NCBI GenBank assembly: GCA_049964715.1 | Contig: JBMFXB010000005.1 | Location: 3,708 to 67,707 of the forward strand | Direction of reading: 5' to 3' | Length of the DNA stretch: 64,000 nt | Origin: Candidatus Dormibacteria bacterium | Lineage (GTDB): Bacteria; Chloroflexota; Dormibacteria; Aeolococcales; Aeolococcaceae | In this document: positions 48,329 to 58,930 of the stretch, in pieces | Layout of the letters: the number at the start of each line of letters is the position of its first letter | Numbering within the stretch: position 1 is the stretch's first letter | Position numbers and translations under genes: made by a program | The notes under the pieces: generated by a model | The model's input: only the letters and a program-made list of their open reading frames with translations | The model's database searches: none | Told to the model about the DNA's origin: nothing

Positions 48329-51175
48329 TTGTCCGCGATTAATATATACAGTCTATCCATAGCAACGAGATATACAACGACCATGCGGGCGCATACGGTT
48401 CCCACATTGTCGGGAGCCAGTATCAGTCATCACAAAAAGGGGAAGCCTGTGGGATGGGAAGATCGCTTAAATGACGCCGTCAAGTCGGCCATAAGTACAG
48501 CACTCAGCAATGCTGTGCGCAATCACGATGCCGTCATCACTCCGGAGCATCTTCTTTCCGCACTTCTCAGTACCCCGAACTCCCGTGCTGTTGCAGTCCT
48601 GAAGCAGGCAGGTGTGAATGTCCAAGAGCTGCACTCTCAGGTCAAGCGGTACCTTGAGAATCTTCCCAAGGGGGATTCACAAGATATCGATGGCATGTGG
48701 ACTCCGCAGAGGGAGCCAGTCGTTGCAGAGCGGACAAAACTGGTCCTTGGTGTTGCATGGGACGAAATGCGACGAGCAAAGGCTCCAAGGATCACCTCTG
48801 AGCACCTTCTTCTTGCGTTCCTCCAGGACTACCAGAAAACATCACTCGAAGATATGCCAGACGTGCAACAGGACACGGGTGATGGCAAGCCCAAGAAGCG
48901 GTTCGTCAATCCCAATGGGCATGACAAGCAGTACCTTGAAAATGCTGGATTTGATCTTGCCACTGCACGGAATACGATAGCGAACTTCGCACAAAGCACA
49001 CCTCCAAGTGTTGACTACCAGGAGTTTACAACGACGCAGTTCAATCCGCAAAAAGCCCCAGCCTCGAAGACGCCACAGCTAGATCAACTCTCTGTCGACC
49101 TCACAGAGCGTGCACGAACTGGCAGGATCAAACCTCTCATCGGACGTGATGCAGAGCTCCAGAAACTCATTCGCGTCATGCTCCATGAAGACAAGAACAA
49201 TGCAATGATCATTGGCGAACCTGGTGTCGGAAAGACAGCTGTTGTGGAGGCACTGGCACAGCGCATTGCACGCGGGGATGTTCCTGATGAGCTCAAGAAC
49301 ATGCGCCTGGTTCGTCTAGACCTCAATAACATTGTTGCTGGTACCCAGTACCGGGGACAGATGGAAGAGAGAGTCCAGGCTGTTCTCAAGGAAGTTCGCG
49401 AAAATCCGAATATCATCACCTTCATCGATGAGATCCACACACTCATTGGAGCAGGATCCTCGGAAGGTGGCCTTGACATTGGAAATATCGTGAAACAGGC
49501 ACTTGCTCGGGGTGAACTCCGCTGCATTGGTGCAACGACCACGAAGGAATATTCAAAATACTTTGAGCATGATGGTGCACTGACCCGTCGGTTTGGTTCA
49601 CCCATCATTGTTGAGGAACCATCTGTTGAAGAAACAGTTGAGATGCTCAAGGGACGTCGTCAGCTTCTTGAGGCACACCACCACGTCACCATTCCAGATG
49701 AATCACTTATTGCAGCTGCACAATTGACCCGTCGGTATGTGAAAGACCGGAAAAGTCCTGATGCTCCACTTGATGTTGTTGATGATGCATGTGCAAAGAT
49801 CCGCCTTACGAAGGATGCAGAAGTACCTGAAGCCATACTCCGGCTTGAGGGAAAGCTCCAGAAACTTGCTGCACAGCGGGAAGCAGAACCTGACCTTAGG
49901 AAGAAAGAGGACATACGTGTACAGGAGATTCAACTTCTTGATGAGGTGAGCAAACAGCGGAAAGAGTGGATGGACTCCCGTGAGCAAACAACGACTACTC
50001 TCTCAACCGATGATGTCGCAGAAGTAATCTCCAGCTGGACTGGTGTACCTGTCAAGCAACTCAGCACTGATGAAATCACGAGACTCCGCAACATGGAGCA
50101 AAAGCTCCATGAGCGTGTAATTGGACAGGATAAGGCAATCACTGCACTCTCAAAGGCAGTTCGCCGTGCGCAGTTCGGACTCAAGTCATCAAAAGGTACT
50201 GAAGCCTTTGTCTTTCTTGGCCCCACAGGTGTGGGCAAAACCGAATCTGCAAGATCCCTGGCAGAATTTCTCTTCGGCGATGAATCTGCACTTGTGCAGA
50301 TTGACATGAGTGAGTATATGGAAAAGCATTCCGTATCCCGTCTCATTGGAGCCCCTCCCGGATATGTTGGGTATGACGAAGGCGGCCAGCTCACTGAACG
50401 TGTCCGTCGCAAGCCATACTCAGTAGTCCTTTTGGATGAAGTGGAAAAGGCGCATGAGGATGTATTCAATATCCTTCTCCAGGTACTTGAGGATGGTTCA
50501 CTCACTGATGGCCAGGGAAGAAAAGTCGACTTCTCAAACACAATTTTCATTCTCACCAGCAATCTTGGTGTAGGGGAAGCATCTCGGAAGACGACAGCAG
50601 GATCCAAACAAATTGGCTTTGCAGCCCCACAACCACAGGAATCAGCTAACCAGCAAGAAGTCAGCAAGGAGATCTTCGAGGACACAATCACCAAGGCGTA
50701 CATCGACCATTTCCGTCCGGAACTCAGAAACCGTATCGGGAAGGACAATGTCGTTGTGTTCCACAAGCTCAACGAGACGAACATCCGGAGCATTGTTGAT
50801 CTGGTCCTTGCAAATGTTGCAAAGCGTGATGGTCTGAAGTCACGGGATCTCACATTCGAGGTTACTGAAGCTGGCAAGGATCTTCTCGCAAAACTTGGAT
50901 ATGATCCTGCAATGGGTGCTCGACCACTAAAGGCCGTCATCGAACATCAAGTTGTCGACCAGATTGTTGACGGAATTGCTGAAGGAAAGTTCGAAGATGG
51001 GGCAACGATCCACTTCGATGTAGATGAGAGCGGAACTGGACTCCGTGCAGTCACCAAGCCAGAAGCTCAGACCAGTGCACCTGCAGCATCTCCAAAGAAG
51101 GGCCACACAACCCGAGGAAAGAACGCTACCCCGGCCAAAGGCTCTCCCGAGTCACAGGGAAAGAGTGTCGAGTAA
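48329..51175 (+). CDS. clpC: ATP-dependent Clp protease ATP-binding subunit (ClpC/ClpB-type double AAA+ chaperone)
   Basis: Two Clp_N repeats. D1 Walker A GEPGVGKTA. Short coiled-coil middle domain. D2 Walker A GPTGVGKTE and the sensor GARPL. The exact start among three N-terminal Met codons is unresolved. Confidence 0.85.
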   Translation: MSAINIYSLSIATRYTTTMRAHTVPTLSGASISHHKKGKPVGWEDRLNDAVKSAISTALSNAVRNHDAVITPEHLLSALLSTPNSRAVAVLKQAGVNVQELHSQVKRYLENLPKGDSQDIDGMWTPQREPVVAERTKLVLGVAWDEMRRAKAPRITSEHLLLAFLQDYQKTSLEDMPDVQQDTGDGKPKKRFVNPNGHDKQYLENAGFDLATARNTIANFAQSTPPSVDYQEFTTTQFNPQKAPASKTPQLDQLSVDLTERARTGRIKPLIGRDAELQKLIRVMLHEDKNNAMIIGEPGVGKTAVVEALAQRIARGDVPDELKNMRLVRLDLNNIVAGTQYRGQMEERVQAVLKEVRENPNIITFIDEIHTLIGAGSSEGGLDIGNIVKQALARGELRCIGATTTKEYSKYFEHDGALTRRFGSPIIVEEPSVEETVEMLKGRRQLLEAHHHVTIPDESLIAAAQLTRRYVKDRKSPDAPLDVVDDACAKIRLTKDAEVPEAILRLEGKLQKLAAQREAEPDLRKKEDIRVQEIQLLDEVSKQRKEWMDSREQTTTTLSTDDVAEVISSWTGVPVKQLSTDEITRLRNMEQKLHERVIGQDKAITALSKAVRRAQFGLKSSKGTEAFVFLGPTGVGKTESARSLAEFLFGDESALVQIDMSEYMEKHSVSRLIGAPPGYVGYDEGGQLTERVRRKPYSVVLLDEVEKAHEDVFNILLQVLEDGSLTDGQGRKVDFSNTIFILTSNLGVGEASRKTTAGSKQIGFAAPQPQESANQQEVSKEIFEDTITKAYIDHFRPELRNRIGKDNVVVFHKLNETNIRSIVDLVLANVAKRDGLKSRDLTFEVTEAGKDLLAKLGYDPAMGARPLKAVIEHQVVDQIVDGIAEGKFEDGATIHFDVDESGTGLRAVTKPEAQTSAPAASPKKGHTTRGKNATPAKGSPESQGKSVE

Positions 51176-51199
51176 CGCACAATCACTACACGCAGCACA

Positions 51200-51240
51200 A
51201 CGGGCTGTCTCTCGTCACGAGGGACAGCCCGTTTTTTATA
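51200..51240 (+). terminator. rho-independent terminator of clpC
   Basis: A perfect roughly 14-bp hairpin (ACGGGCTGTCTCTCG-tca-CGAGGGACAGCCCGT) followed by TTTTTTATA. Confidence 0.55.
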
Positions 51241-51253
51241 TCCGTATGTTGCT

Positions 51254-52156
51254 CTAGTCGCAGTCGATGACTGCCTTTCCCAAAAGCTTCCGTCCAAAGA
51301 GAAGGTTCACTGCCTCATCAACAGCACTCCAGGACTTGTGCCAGTCCACTTCTGCATGAATGGAACCTTCACGAACACACTTGAGCAGATAGGCGAGGTC
51401 CGTTCCGAGTCCCTGAGGCATCCTGAAGGGCCGTATGGAACGCTGAAGTCCGACAAGGCTGTACGGAGGAAAGACTGTATTCTCGTGCGATGTCGATCCA
51501 ATACACTCCACAACACCTCCCTCACGGAGAAGACTGAAAATATTCACGAGCTGCATTCCACCGACAGTATCAAGTACAACATCCACACCCGTAACTCCCT
51601 CCAGTCCAACAACCACTTCATCAGCACCAAGTTCGTGAAGTCCCTCTTTCCGGTGTTCCCCACCAACAGATGCAATTACATGGGCACCACCAAGCGATGC
51701 CAGTTGCACACCGAATCTCCCTACACCACCAGACGCACCCGTGACAAGGACTGTACGTCCAAGCAGTGCCCCTGCATCCCTGAGAGCAAGGAGAGCAGTC
51801 CCACCTGCTACTGGAAGGGCAGCTGCATCAGCATCGGATACACCTGCAGGAATGTGTGCACACTCCCCTGGATCCACAGCCCTGAGTTGTCCCCAACCTC
51901 CATCAGCACCACGTGTAAGCACCCTGTCGCCCTTTGTGAAAGGCACATCGTCTGGCGCTTCCACCACTACTCCTGCTGCATCCCATCCGAGTACAGTTCC
52001 ATCTGCTGCTCCTGACTGGGCTCGATGAACTTCACCGTAATTGAGAGAACTTGCAGTTACCTGCACGAGCATTTCATTCTTGCCCCGAACTGGGTCCGGA
52101 ACTTCTCCAAGTCGCAGCCCTGAGGGCACAGTATGGTCTGCAATGAGAGCCTTCAT
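51254..52156 (-). CDS. NADPH:quinone oxidoreductase / zinc-independent MDR-family alcohol dehydrogenase
   Basis: 300-aa medium-chain dehydrogenase/reductase with a Rossmann motif (LVTGASGGVG) and no zinc ligand set. Confidence 0.7.
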   Translation of the reverse strand: MKALIADHTVPSGLRLGEVPDPVRGKNEMLVQVTASSLNYGEVHRAQSGAADGTVLGWDAAGVVVEAPDDVPFTKGDRVLTRGADGGWGQLRAVDPGECAHIPAGVSDADAAALPVAGGTALLALRDAGALLGRTVLVTGASGGVGRFGVQLASLGGAHVIASVGGEHRKEGLHELGADEVVVGLEGVTGVDVVLDTVGGMQLVNIFSLLREGGVVECIGSTSHENTVFPPYSLVGLQRSIRPFRMPQGLGTDLAYLLKCVREGSIHAEVDWHKSWSAVDEAVNLLFGRKLLGKAVIDCD

Positions 52157-52250
52157 CGCTATCCTCCTCGATATTCCTGCACGCTTTTTCCCGCTACAGG
52201 ATATCAGGAAGGTGTCATTGGCCCAGCAGCCCGTTTCGTATCAAGAAGTA

Positions 52251-53237
52251 TCATCCCAGTTCCCGGGTTGGAGACAGTTTTGGTGCAGTACAGGACTGGG
52301 TTGCTGCACTATAGAATTTCGTAATCCAGATACCTGACTGCATAACAGGAGGGAGCAACTCGCAAACATCACCAATCTCATGTCCCTGCGAATCATAGTA
52401 CGAATGGAGATACGGATCAGTAGCAGTCTCTGCGTACTCATGGGAGGCAACAACTGGCGTGTTCACACCCAGGTTGCCAACCACTGCATACGTGAGATTC
52501 CCCGTGGTGAAATGGAACCCTTCCACCTGCTCCTTTCCATACATCACCTGTATCCCAGGAGGCAGAATGAAATCCACCTGCGTATTCACACCCTGCTGCA
52601 GATTGAGGGCAAAGGCAACTCGCTCAGCTTCTATACCTGCTGAGATGAACGTGACCTTATCCTTGTTCATGCCAGCATTCCCAAAATTCTGAGTGTCAAT
52701 ATATGCACCTTCAAACGTAGGTTCTGCTGATGCTCCACCATACTGGGTAAGAGCATTCGCAAATGCACTTCCACGAAGCCGTGTATAGAAGTTCAGCACT
52801 TCAGCCATGGTCTTCACAGCCTTGGGATCGCTCTTCCAGTAGGATCCCCAGAAGACCACTGTCATCCGTGGAGCATTCTGGATCTGACCAATATGACCGA
52901 ACATGCTGGTATCACGCATCGGGCTTGTCGCATTTTTCGTACTTGTGGATGGACTTTCTGCCATCCCTCGAAGCAAGTCACTACGCATCCCAATCTTGTA
53001 GATTGCTGCCTGGTGAATTCCTGCAAGGTGTTCCACGGACTGTGCAATCTCACTGAGTCCGAATGGCTCATGGGCATCATGCCAAAGTCGTTGTGCGGAG
53101 GATGCACCAGTGAGCACCAAGGCAGTCGTTACAGCAGCAACTCCAACTCGTCGAAGAAACGATCGTCGTCTCGGTTGTGCACGAAGCTGGATATTCGACT
53201 CTTCCATGCCACGATTGTAGGGAGCACAACCGGACAC
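52251..53237 (-). CDS. Tat-secreted hypothetical protein
   Basis: Twin-arginine signal (RRSFLRRVGVAAVTTALVLTGASSA). 328 aa. Contains HEYAETATDPY, which is not the canonical HExxH motif. No family recognised. Confidence 0.45.
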   Translation of the reverse strand: MSGCAPYNRGMEESNIQLRAQPRRRSFLRRVGVAAVTTALVLTGASSAQRLWHDAHEPFGLSEIAQSVEHLAGIHQAAIYKIGMRSDLLRGMAESPSTSTKNATSPMRDTSMFGHIGQIQNAPRMTVVFWGSYWKSDPKAVKTMAEVLNFYTRLRGSAFANALTQYGGASAEPTFEGAYIDTQNFGNAGMNKDKVTFISAGIEAERVAFALNLQQGVNTQVDFILPPGIQVMYGKEQVEGFHFTTGNLTYAVVGNLGVNTPVVASHEYAETATDPYLHSYYDSQGHEIGDVCELLPPVMQSGIWITKFYSAATQSCTAPKLSPTRELG

Positions 53238-53425
53238 TCGACACCCAATACAGCTAGAAATACCTGTATGGTTTCACCTGGATGCACGTCCACTGTCTTT
53301 CCATTGCTTCCTATATTCCGTAACGGGAGGATGCACTTTCAATGACTCTTTTGACCTGCTGCCCCCAGAGAGAAATACTCCACTGCATATCGTAAGGCTC
53401 GTCCACATCCCAAGAACACGCAGTA

Positions 53426-56038
53426 TTAGAACCACCTGTCCCACTGTTTCTCGCTGTCCATATTTCCTGATGCAAGCATCCTGCTTCGTACGACTGCCAG
53501 TATGGTCGAGGCAACGATAAGGAGTACAGCAACAACAGCAAAGACAACATACAACGGGAAATTTGATGCAAGTTCAGAAATTGCAGCACATGCTGCTGCC
53601 ACAGCTCCAATTCCTCCAACTATTGTAGGAATGTGCTGGGTTTTCGCTACTCCTGCTGCAATAAGAAAAACACTTTCAACTAGGAGGAGTGCGATATACC
53701 ACACTGCTGCAGATCCAGTCCAACACTCTGTGAACGTTCCAAAAAGAAGAATGGACGATGCAGTCGCTGAAACGAACCGCAATGCTCCTGCATTTGATGG
53801 ATCACTCCCCTTTTGTCGTGGAGAAATGCTTACAACCCAAATGGTCACAATAGCTGATGGAATGATGGTAAGAGCTACACCATTGGGTGTAACGGAACTT
53901 CCCATCGCCATGATCCAATCAAGGGAGAATCCAATTATGGCTACTGCAACCATGCGCCAAACTGTCTTCCCCACATATGTTTGACAAAGAATGCCTCCAT
54001 CCCGTACTCCGTCAAGGATGACAACAGCCAGAATGCACGAGACGATGACTTGCGTCAATGCAATGTTTCCTTGAAGTGGCAGATTCACTTGCCCCAAGGG
54101 TTCCACTGAAGCAAACAACACCACACTTGCTCCTACCCAAAAGTGCCACTTTTCCCACGTCTTGTCCGAATCAATGCCGAATCGGCCAAGACCAATCTGG
54201 ATAAGACCCCATGCTGCAAGTGCAATGGGTGCAGTGGGGATTGGACTGGCAGCATCAGCACTCACAATGAGGAGAATACCCAGTGCTCCAAGGCACCCAA
54301 GTAGTACTGCCATGCCGTGAGCTTTCTCTCTCTTGCCAAGGCCATACGAGAGAAATCCAAAAGCCACTAGTGTCCACCCAGCAGTACTGTCATACCCGGA
54401 ACTGACTGCAACAAGAACCGAGATTGCTGCTACAGTTCCAGCAACGATGTACACAAGACTCCTCACTACTGTTCCGGACCATCTAGGCACTGCTCGATGT
54501 AGGACACTATCCATGCCTACAAGTACAAAAGGGAAGAGTGAATACCACTGGAGCCACCACTGCCTTCCAAGAGTGATTCCTGTGATGAAAAGGAATGCAT
54601 GCAACAGCTGCTGCCATACATCCAATGCAAGAAACATCGGAACCACTCTCCAGACCGAAGATTGGAGATCCCGCTGCATGCCAATAGCTGCAGCACCACC
54701 GCACATGAGGAATACGAGCCCCACAACAGGTGATGATGTGGGGAGAAGCATGACAAATGCAGTAAGAAGAAGTCCAATTGCAAGAGTACTTTGACTGTCC
54801 TCCCCAAGGACACGGAGTTTGTACAACACCCACCATACCAATGCGAGGAGTACATCAACCCCTGCAACGAGATCCTGTGTCCTGATGCCGAGGGACTGCA
54901 ACCATCCCATATTCAGGCACCCTTGTGCCTGGCAGAACTGCTCGTGGTACGGCACTGCCACTGTACCCGCAAGAACAAACAAGAGTACTGATGCCATGAT
55001 TGCAGTGATGCGAATATCTGCATACTTCTTGAAGAGGAAGCTCGTCGTGAGAGCTACGCCAACAGTCACTGCAAGAAGCACTATCATCCATAGCGGTATT
55101 TCTGGAAGCCCAAGGCCAGAGGAAAACAATGTTGAGTACGAGAGCGAAGCGAGCTTGACAATTCCAAGCACCAATGCAGCTCCACCAATGCCGTAGGAAA
55201 GCGCTCGCATGGGTCGACGCACAACCTCAGGTACGGATGTAGGGAGTGCAACCTGTGCCATGACTGGTAGAAGTCCACCTGCACCAATGAGTACAACAGC
55301 CCACTGTTGAGTCAGCACAGAACCAGAAAAGGCACACCACGCTACTCCGCACGCACCAGCACCAAACCCTGAATACCAGAGTGAGGACAACCTCCATCCC
55401 AGAGACTCATATACGAAACCACAGCAGAGTGCACTTATCGTGAGCATCCAGAGTGGCGAAAGCGCATGGTTTGGCTCAATAACAAATCGATAGAGGCCAA
55501 GAAAGACGAGTGGTGTCATGAGTGCAAAAAGCAAGACATAAATAAGAAAGACATCCCGCAATTGATCCTTTCTCGATGACCAGAACGACACAGCCCCAAG
55601 AATCATGTACAGCAGAATGACTGCACCGAGTCTTGGCAATCGACCGAACTGGGTTCCGTATGCAACGAAAAGGAGTGTTGCAATGCCAAGAAGAAAGGCT
55701 CCACTCATGGCAAGGATTCCAATCGTATGTCGAGCAAGAAGCGATCGGACAGGTGTCTGCTCAGGCACTTGGGAAGCAGCACGAGGCTCAACATTTTGAG
55801 TTGGTCGTTCTGTTGGGACACTGCCAACAGTGGCTCCAAAAGCAGTGAGTCTCGTCAGGATTTCTGAATACTCACGGTAGTAGAAGGCATACACAGGAGC
55901 AAGAACACTGTCGGGAAGTGACTGCCGGATGGTTCCTGTGGCCAATTCAAAAAGAATGGCATGCAGTGTCCTATACCGAGCTTCGAGCAGTTCCCGTTCC
56001 TGCTTCCCGAGATCCTGCTGATCTTCCATATCCACCAC
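53426..56038 (-). CDS. large polytopic integral membrane protein (about 24 TM helices, 870 aa), unknown function
   Basis: N-terminal roughly 100-aa soluble coiled-coil segment (KQERELLEARYRTLHAIL), then many evenly spaced hydrophobic helices through the C-terminus. Resembles DUF2339/DUF2157-type repetitive membrane proteins. Assignment uncertain. Confidence 0.55.
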   Translation of the reverse strand: MVDMEDQQDLGKQERELLEARYRTLHAILFELATGTIRQSLPDSVLAPVYAFYYREYSEILTRLTAFGATVGSVPTERPTQNVEPRAASQVPEQTPVRSLLARHTIGILAMSGAFLLGIATLLFVAYGTQFGRLPRLGAVILLYMILGAVSFWSSRKDQLRDVFLIYVLLFALMTPLVFLGLYRFVIEPNHALSPLWMLTISALCCGFVYESLGWRLSSLWYSGFGAGACGVAWCAFSGSVLTQQWAVVLIGAGGLLPVMAQVALPTSVPEVVRRPMRALSYGIGGAALVLGIVKLASLSYSTLFSSGLGLPEIPLWMIVLLAVTVGVALTTSFLFKKYADIRITAIMASVLLFVLAGTVAVPYHEQFCQAQGCLNMGWLQSLGIRTQDLVAGVDVLLALVWWVLYKLRVLGEDSQSTLAIGLLLTAFVMLLPTSSPVVGLVFLMCGGAAAIGMQRDLQSSVWRVVPMFLALDVWQQLLHAFLFITGITLGRQWWLQWYSLFPFVLVGMDSVLHRAVPRWSGTVVRSLVYIVAGTVAAISVLVAVSSGYDSTAGWTLVAFGFLSYGLGKREKAHGMAVLLGCLGALGILLIVSADAASPIPTAPIALAAWGLIQIGLGRFGIDSDKTWEKWHFWVGASVVLFASVEPLGQVNLPLQGNIALTQVIVSCILAVVILDGVRDGGILCQTYVGKTVWRMVAVAIIGFSLDWIMAMGSSVTPNGVALTIIPSAIVTIWVVSISPRQKGSDPSNAGALRFVSATASSILLFGTFTECWTGSAAVWYIALLLVESVFLIAAGVAKTQHIPTIVGGIGAVAAACAAISELASNFPLYVVFAVVAVLLIVASTILAVVRSRMLASGNMDSEKQWDRWF

Positions 56039-56122
56039 CTGGCAACACTCTGTTGTACTGCGGGAATTGTACCCGGAGAATGCTCTGGAGTGGATAGTTC
56101 CTACACGATTGTCGATACTCCG

Positions 56123-57289
56123 TTACGCAACGCCTTGACGCTGCATGGCCATCGTCCTGTAATGCTGAGACCATTCTTCAGCTGCATTGGCCACTGCATG
56201 TTGCATCGCTTCAGAGCGTGCTGGAACGCCAGATACAGCCCGAGATGCATCGGACCGCCACCACGACGGACGAAGCTCCTCCCATGTGGATGGAGGAGGT
56301 ACTGGAGGGTTGCCTCCCGCTGCAGTCTCGAGTGCATCAATCCAGGCAAGTCCGCATGAAGCAAGGACGTGCATCATTTGGCTCCGATCATAGAGATATC
56401 GCTCATAGATGGCACGAGCTTTCTCCGTAGAGCCATGAAGAGCGTACAGTTCAGCTATTTCCATCGTTGCTTCAGTGTCAATGACTCCCCAGCGATCATG
56501 CTGCATTGCGCGATTGAACATCATTATTGCCCGCTTCCATTGCCCGGCTCTACGAGCTGTTCTCGCAAGTGCAACAAGAGCTGGTGGGTACTTCGGCAGT
56601 TCACCCTTTCCCCACGATTCTGCCAGGGCAATCTCTCGGCGATAGCCACTTGTGTGGAATGCAGCGTACTTGTCCCCATTCTTGAGAACAATCCTGGTTC
56701 CCTCAACACCTTCCATTGTCATGACTCCCTCGAACACTTCGTCAGGGATGCTGAGCCTTGTATCAAAGACCTCATCTGTCTTCGTCACGACATGCCAATC
56801 CTTTGTCTCTCCGCCGAACTGCTCCATTGCCATCTTCCTGCACATGGCAATGGAACTCCGGTTCCACTGCCGTACAGGGATGTCCCTTTCGAGTCTTCCA
56901 AGTGCATCGACGAGTTCACGTACCTCAGGTTGGAGTGTGTCCATTGGAGCCCATGTGATCTCTCTGCTACGGTCTCCGTCCCTGAGCACGAGCCGTCGGA
57001 CTGGCCCCATTATTCGTGCATCACGACGATTCCGCTTTACAGCAGTCGACTGCTTGCTGCACTTCCGCCATGCAGCAGTGGTGAGCTTGTCGAGTGAGCT
57101 TTCAACATCTGTTCCAATACGCTCTCGAAACACGCGAATCATGCCGTTTGCTTCACGAACAGTGACTGCAGCTGTGTTCAGGGTAAGGAGCACATTCGGC
57201 CTTCCGGCAAAGCCCGAACCATCGACAAAAAGCTCAACGATCATGGTGGTTCTCCCCTCCTGTTCTAGATGACTCTGCAATCCTAGCAA
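56123..57289 (-). CDS. hypothetical soluble protein, co-oriented immediately upstream of the large membrane protein
   Basis: 388 aa with a helical/TPR-like C-terminal half (…IAELYALHGSTEKARAIYERYLYD…). 84-nt gap to the downstream gene, so probably one operon. Confidence 0.45.
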   Translation of the reverse strand: MLGLQSHLEQEGRTTMIVELFVDGSGFAGRPNVLLTLNTAAVTVREANGMIRVFRERIGTDVESSLDKLTTAAWRKCSKQSTAVKRNRRDARIMGPVRRLVLRDGDRSREITWAPMDTLQPEVRELVDALGRLERDIPVRQWNRSSIAMCRKMAMEQFGGETKDWHVVTKTDEVFDTRLSIPDEVFEGVMTMEGVEGTRIVLKNGDKYAAFHTSGYRREIALAESWGKGELPKYPPALVALARTARRAGQWKRAIMMFNRAMQHDRWGVIDTEATMEIAELYALHGSTEKARAIYERYLYDRSQMMHVLASCGLAWIDALETAAGGNPPVPPPSTWEELRPSWWRSDASRAVSGVPARSEAMQHAVANAAEEWSQHYRTMAMQRQGVA

Positions 57290-57619
57290 AGCGTATCTTC
57301 CCTCTGGTAGGTCTTGACAGTACTGGACGAAATGATGTTGAAATTTCAGCCATCGTTTCTCTGCTGTGCTCGCACTCGCTCACTCCGTATGGTCCCAATC
57401 AATTGTCCGATGTTCCCTATGAGCTGGCCATACGGCAACAATATGAGACTCCGTTTCCATGGAGCTGTGGGATCTTCATGGCCCTGCATCCATCCTGGAT
57501 ATGCACTGGTATCGTGTTGATGGTCCCTTTCTGTATGCACTCCTTTCCGGTGACTCCTGCCACCAGTGCCCCCTTTGTAATCCACGAATCCATTGTGCCT
57601 TTCTCAGTAATAAACTTCT

Positions 57620-57661
57620 TCCCAAGAAAAGACGGAGACGGTCTGTGCAGGCCGTCTCCGT
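57620..57661 (-). terminator. rho-independent terminator of the alcohol dehydrogenase gene
   Basis: 10-bp stem ACGGAGACGG/CCGTCTCCGT around a structured loop, then CTTTTCTTGGG on the minus strand. Confidence 0.45.
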
Positions 57662-57672
57662 ACAAGGGGGAT

Positions 57673-58815
57673 CTACATGTGCTCGCGGGAAATGACGACC
57701 TTGAGGGCCTGATTTGACGCAGCATTTTGGAAGACGTCATACGCTTCCATGAATGAATCCATCGGAAACCGGTGGGTGACGAACCGTGAGGTGTCGAGCT
57801 TTCCTGAATGGACGAGATCAAGGAGCATTGGTGTTGACGAGGTATTCACAAGACCAGCTGTGATGGTGATGTTCCTGGTCCACAGAGTCTCAAGGTGGAG
57901 AAGAGCTGGTTTCCCGTGGACTCCAATATTTGCAACATGACCACCTGGTTTCACCAATGTGGTTGCAAGTTCAAAGGTCTCCGGTGTTCCAACTGCTTCA
58001 ATTGCAACATCCACTCCACAGCGATCCGTGAGTGACATTACGGCATCAGTGGCATTATGTGTGCTGCTGTTCACTACAGCATCCGCTCCCCACTTCGTTG
58101 CCACGCTCAAACGGTTCGCATCCGGGTCGATGAGGATGATCTGATTTGGCGAATACATCCGGGCACCCAGGAGTGCAGAGAGCCCTATTGGTCCTGCACC
58201 AATAATTGCTACAGTGCAACCTGGTTCCACTGTTCCGCTCAACACGCCGATCTCGTATCCTGTTGGCACTATATCAGAGAGCATCAGTACCTGCTCATCT
58301 GTAAGTCCTTCAGGAACACGATACAGGGATGTGTCTGCAAATGGAATACGAGCATATTGAGCTTGTACACCATTGATTGTATGGCCAAGAATCCATCCAC
58401 CACCTGCACTGCATTGCCCGTACATGCCCTTTCTGCAGTATTCACACACACCGCAGCTCGTGATGCACGAGACAAGCACTCTGTCCCCTATTCGTACCCG
58501 GTTCACTCCAGTACCGAGAGACTCGACTGTGCCGACTGCTTCGTGACCAAGAATACGTCCAGGCGAAACCTCAGGTACGTCACCCTTCAGAATGTGAAGA
58601 TCTGTTCCACAGACAGTGGTTGTATCGACACGTATTACCGCATCCGTCACATCAATGATATTCGGGAGTGGGACTTTCTCCCAGCTCAGGTCGCCTGGCC
58701 CGTGGAACACGATTGCCTTCATCGTCCCCTCTCTGAGAGGCTCCTCTGTCATGGAGACCGATGCTTTGCGCAGTGTCCCAAGGACACTGTGTGGTGTACC
58801 AGCTGGATGAGCCAT
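57673..58815 (-). CDS. zinc-dependent alcohol dehydrogenase (threonine/sorbitol dehydrogenase-like MDR)
   Basis: Catalytic Zn ligands (C…GHEAVG…E), a structural Zn Cys cluster (CGVCEYCRKGMYGQC), and the Rossmann motif GAGPIGL. Confidence 0.85.
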   Translation of the reverse strand: MAHPAGTPHSVLGTLRKASVSMTEEPLREGTMKAIVFHGPGDLSWEKVPLPNIIDVTDAVIRVDTTTVCGTDLHILKGDVPEVSPGRILGHEAVGTVESLGTGVNRVRIGDRVLVSCITSCGVCEYCRKGMYGQCSAGGGWILGHTINGVQAQYARIPFADTSLYRVPEGLTDEQVLMLSDIVPTGYEIGVLSGTVEPGCTVAIIGAGPIGLSALLGARMYSPNQIILIDPDANRLSVATKWGADAVVNSSTHNATDAVMSLTDRCGVDVAIEAVGTPETFELATTLVKPGGHVANIGVHGKPALLHLETLWTRNITITAGLVNTSSTPMLLDLVHSGKLDTSRFVTHRFPMDSFMEAYDVFQNAASNQALKVVISREHM

Positions 58816-58870
58816 GGCGTACCTCCTCCGACATCATTGACCCTGCTGCCTGCAACAGGAACATTAACTG

Positions 58871-58887
58871 TGTCAGTTAAGGTTACT
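58871..58887. promoter_or_regulatory. 7-bp inverted repeat TTAACTG-tgt-CAGTTAA upstream of the ADH gene (candidate operator)
   Basis: A palindrome about 55-70 bp upstream of the ADH start (58815). It shares the core TTAACTG with the IS terminal blocks. Confidence 0.2.
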
Positions 58888-58930
58888 TCATTACTATACG
58901 TTTATGCCAGTATCCAATTGTAAGAAGGCC

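Noticed and set aside
57290-57640. 350-nt region with several 68-134-aa ORFs between the 388-aa gene start and the ADH terminator
   Set aside because: None has an RBS or recognisable features, and overlapping frames compete. It is more likely a promoter/leader region for the 57289→ operon. A small protein cannot be excluded, though.
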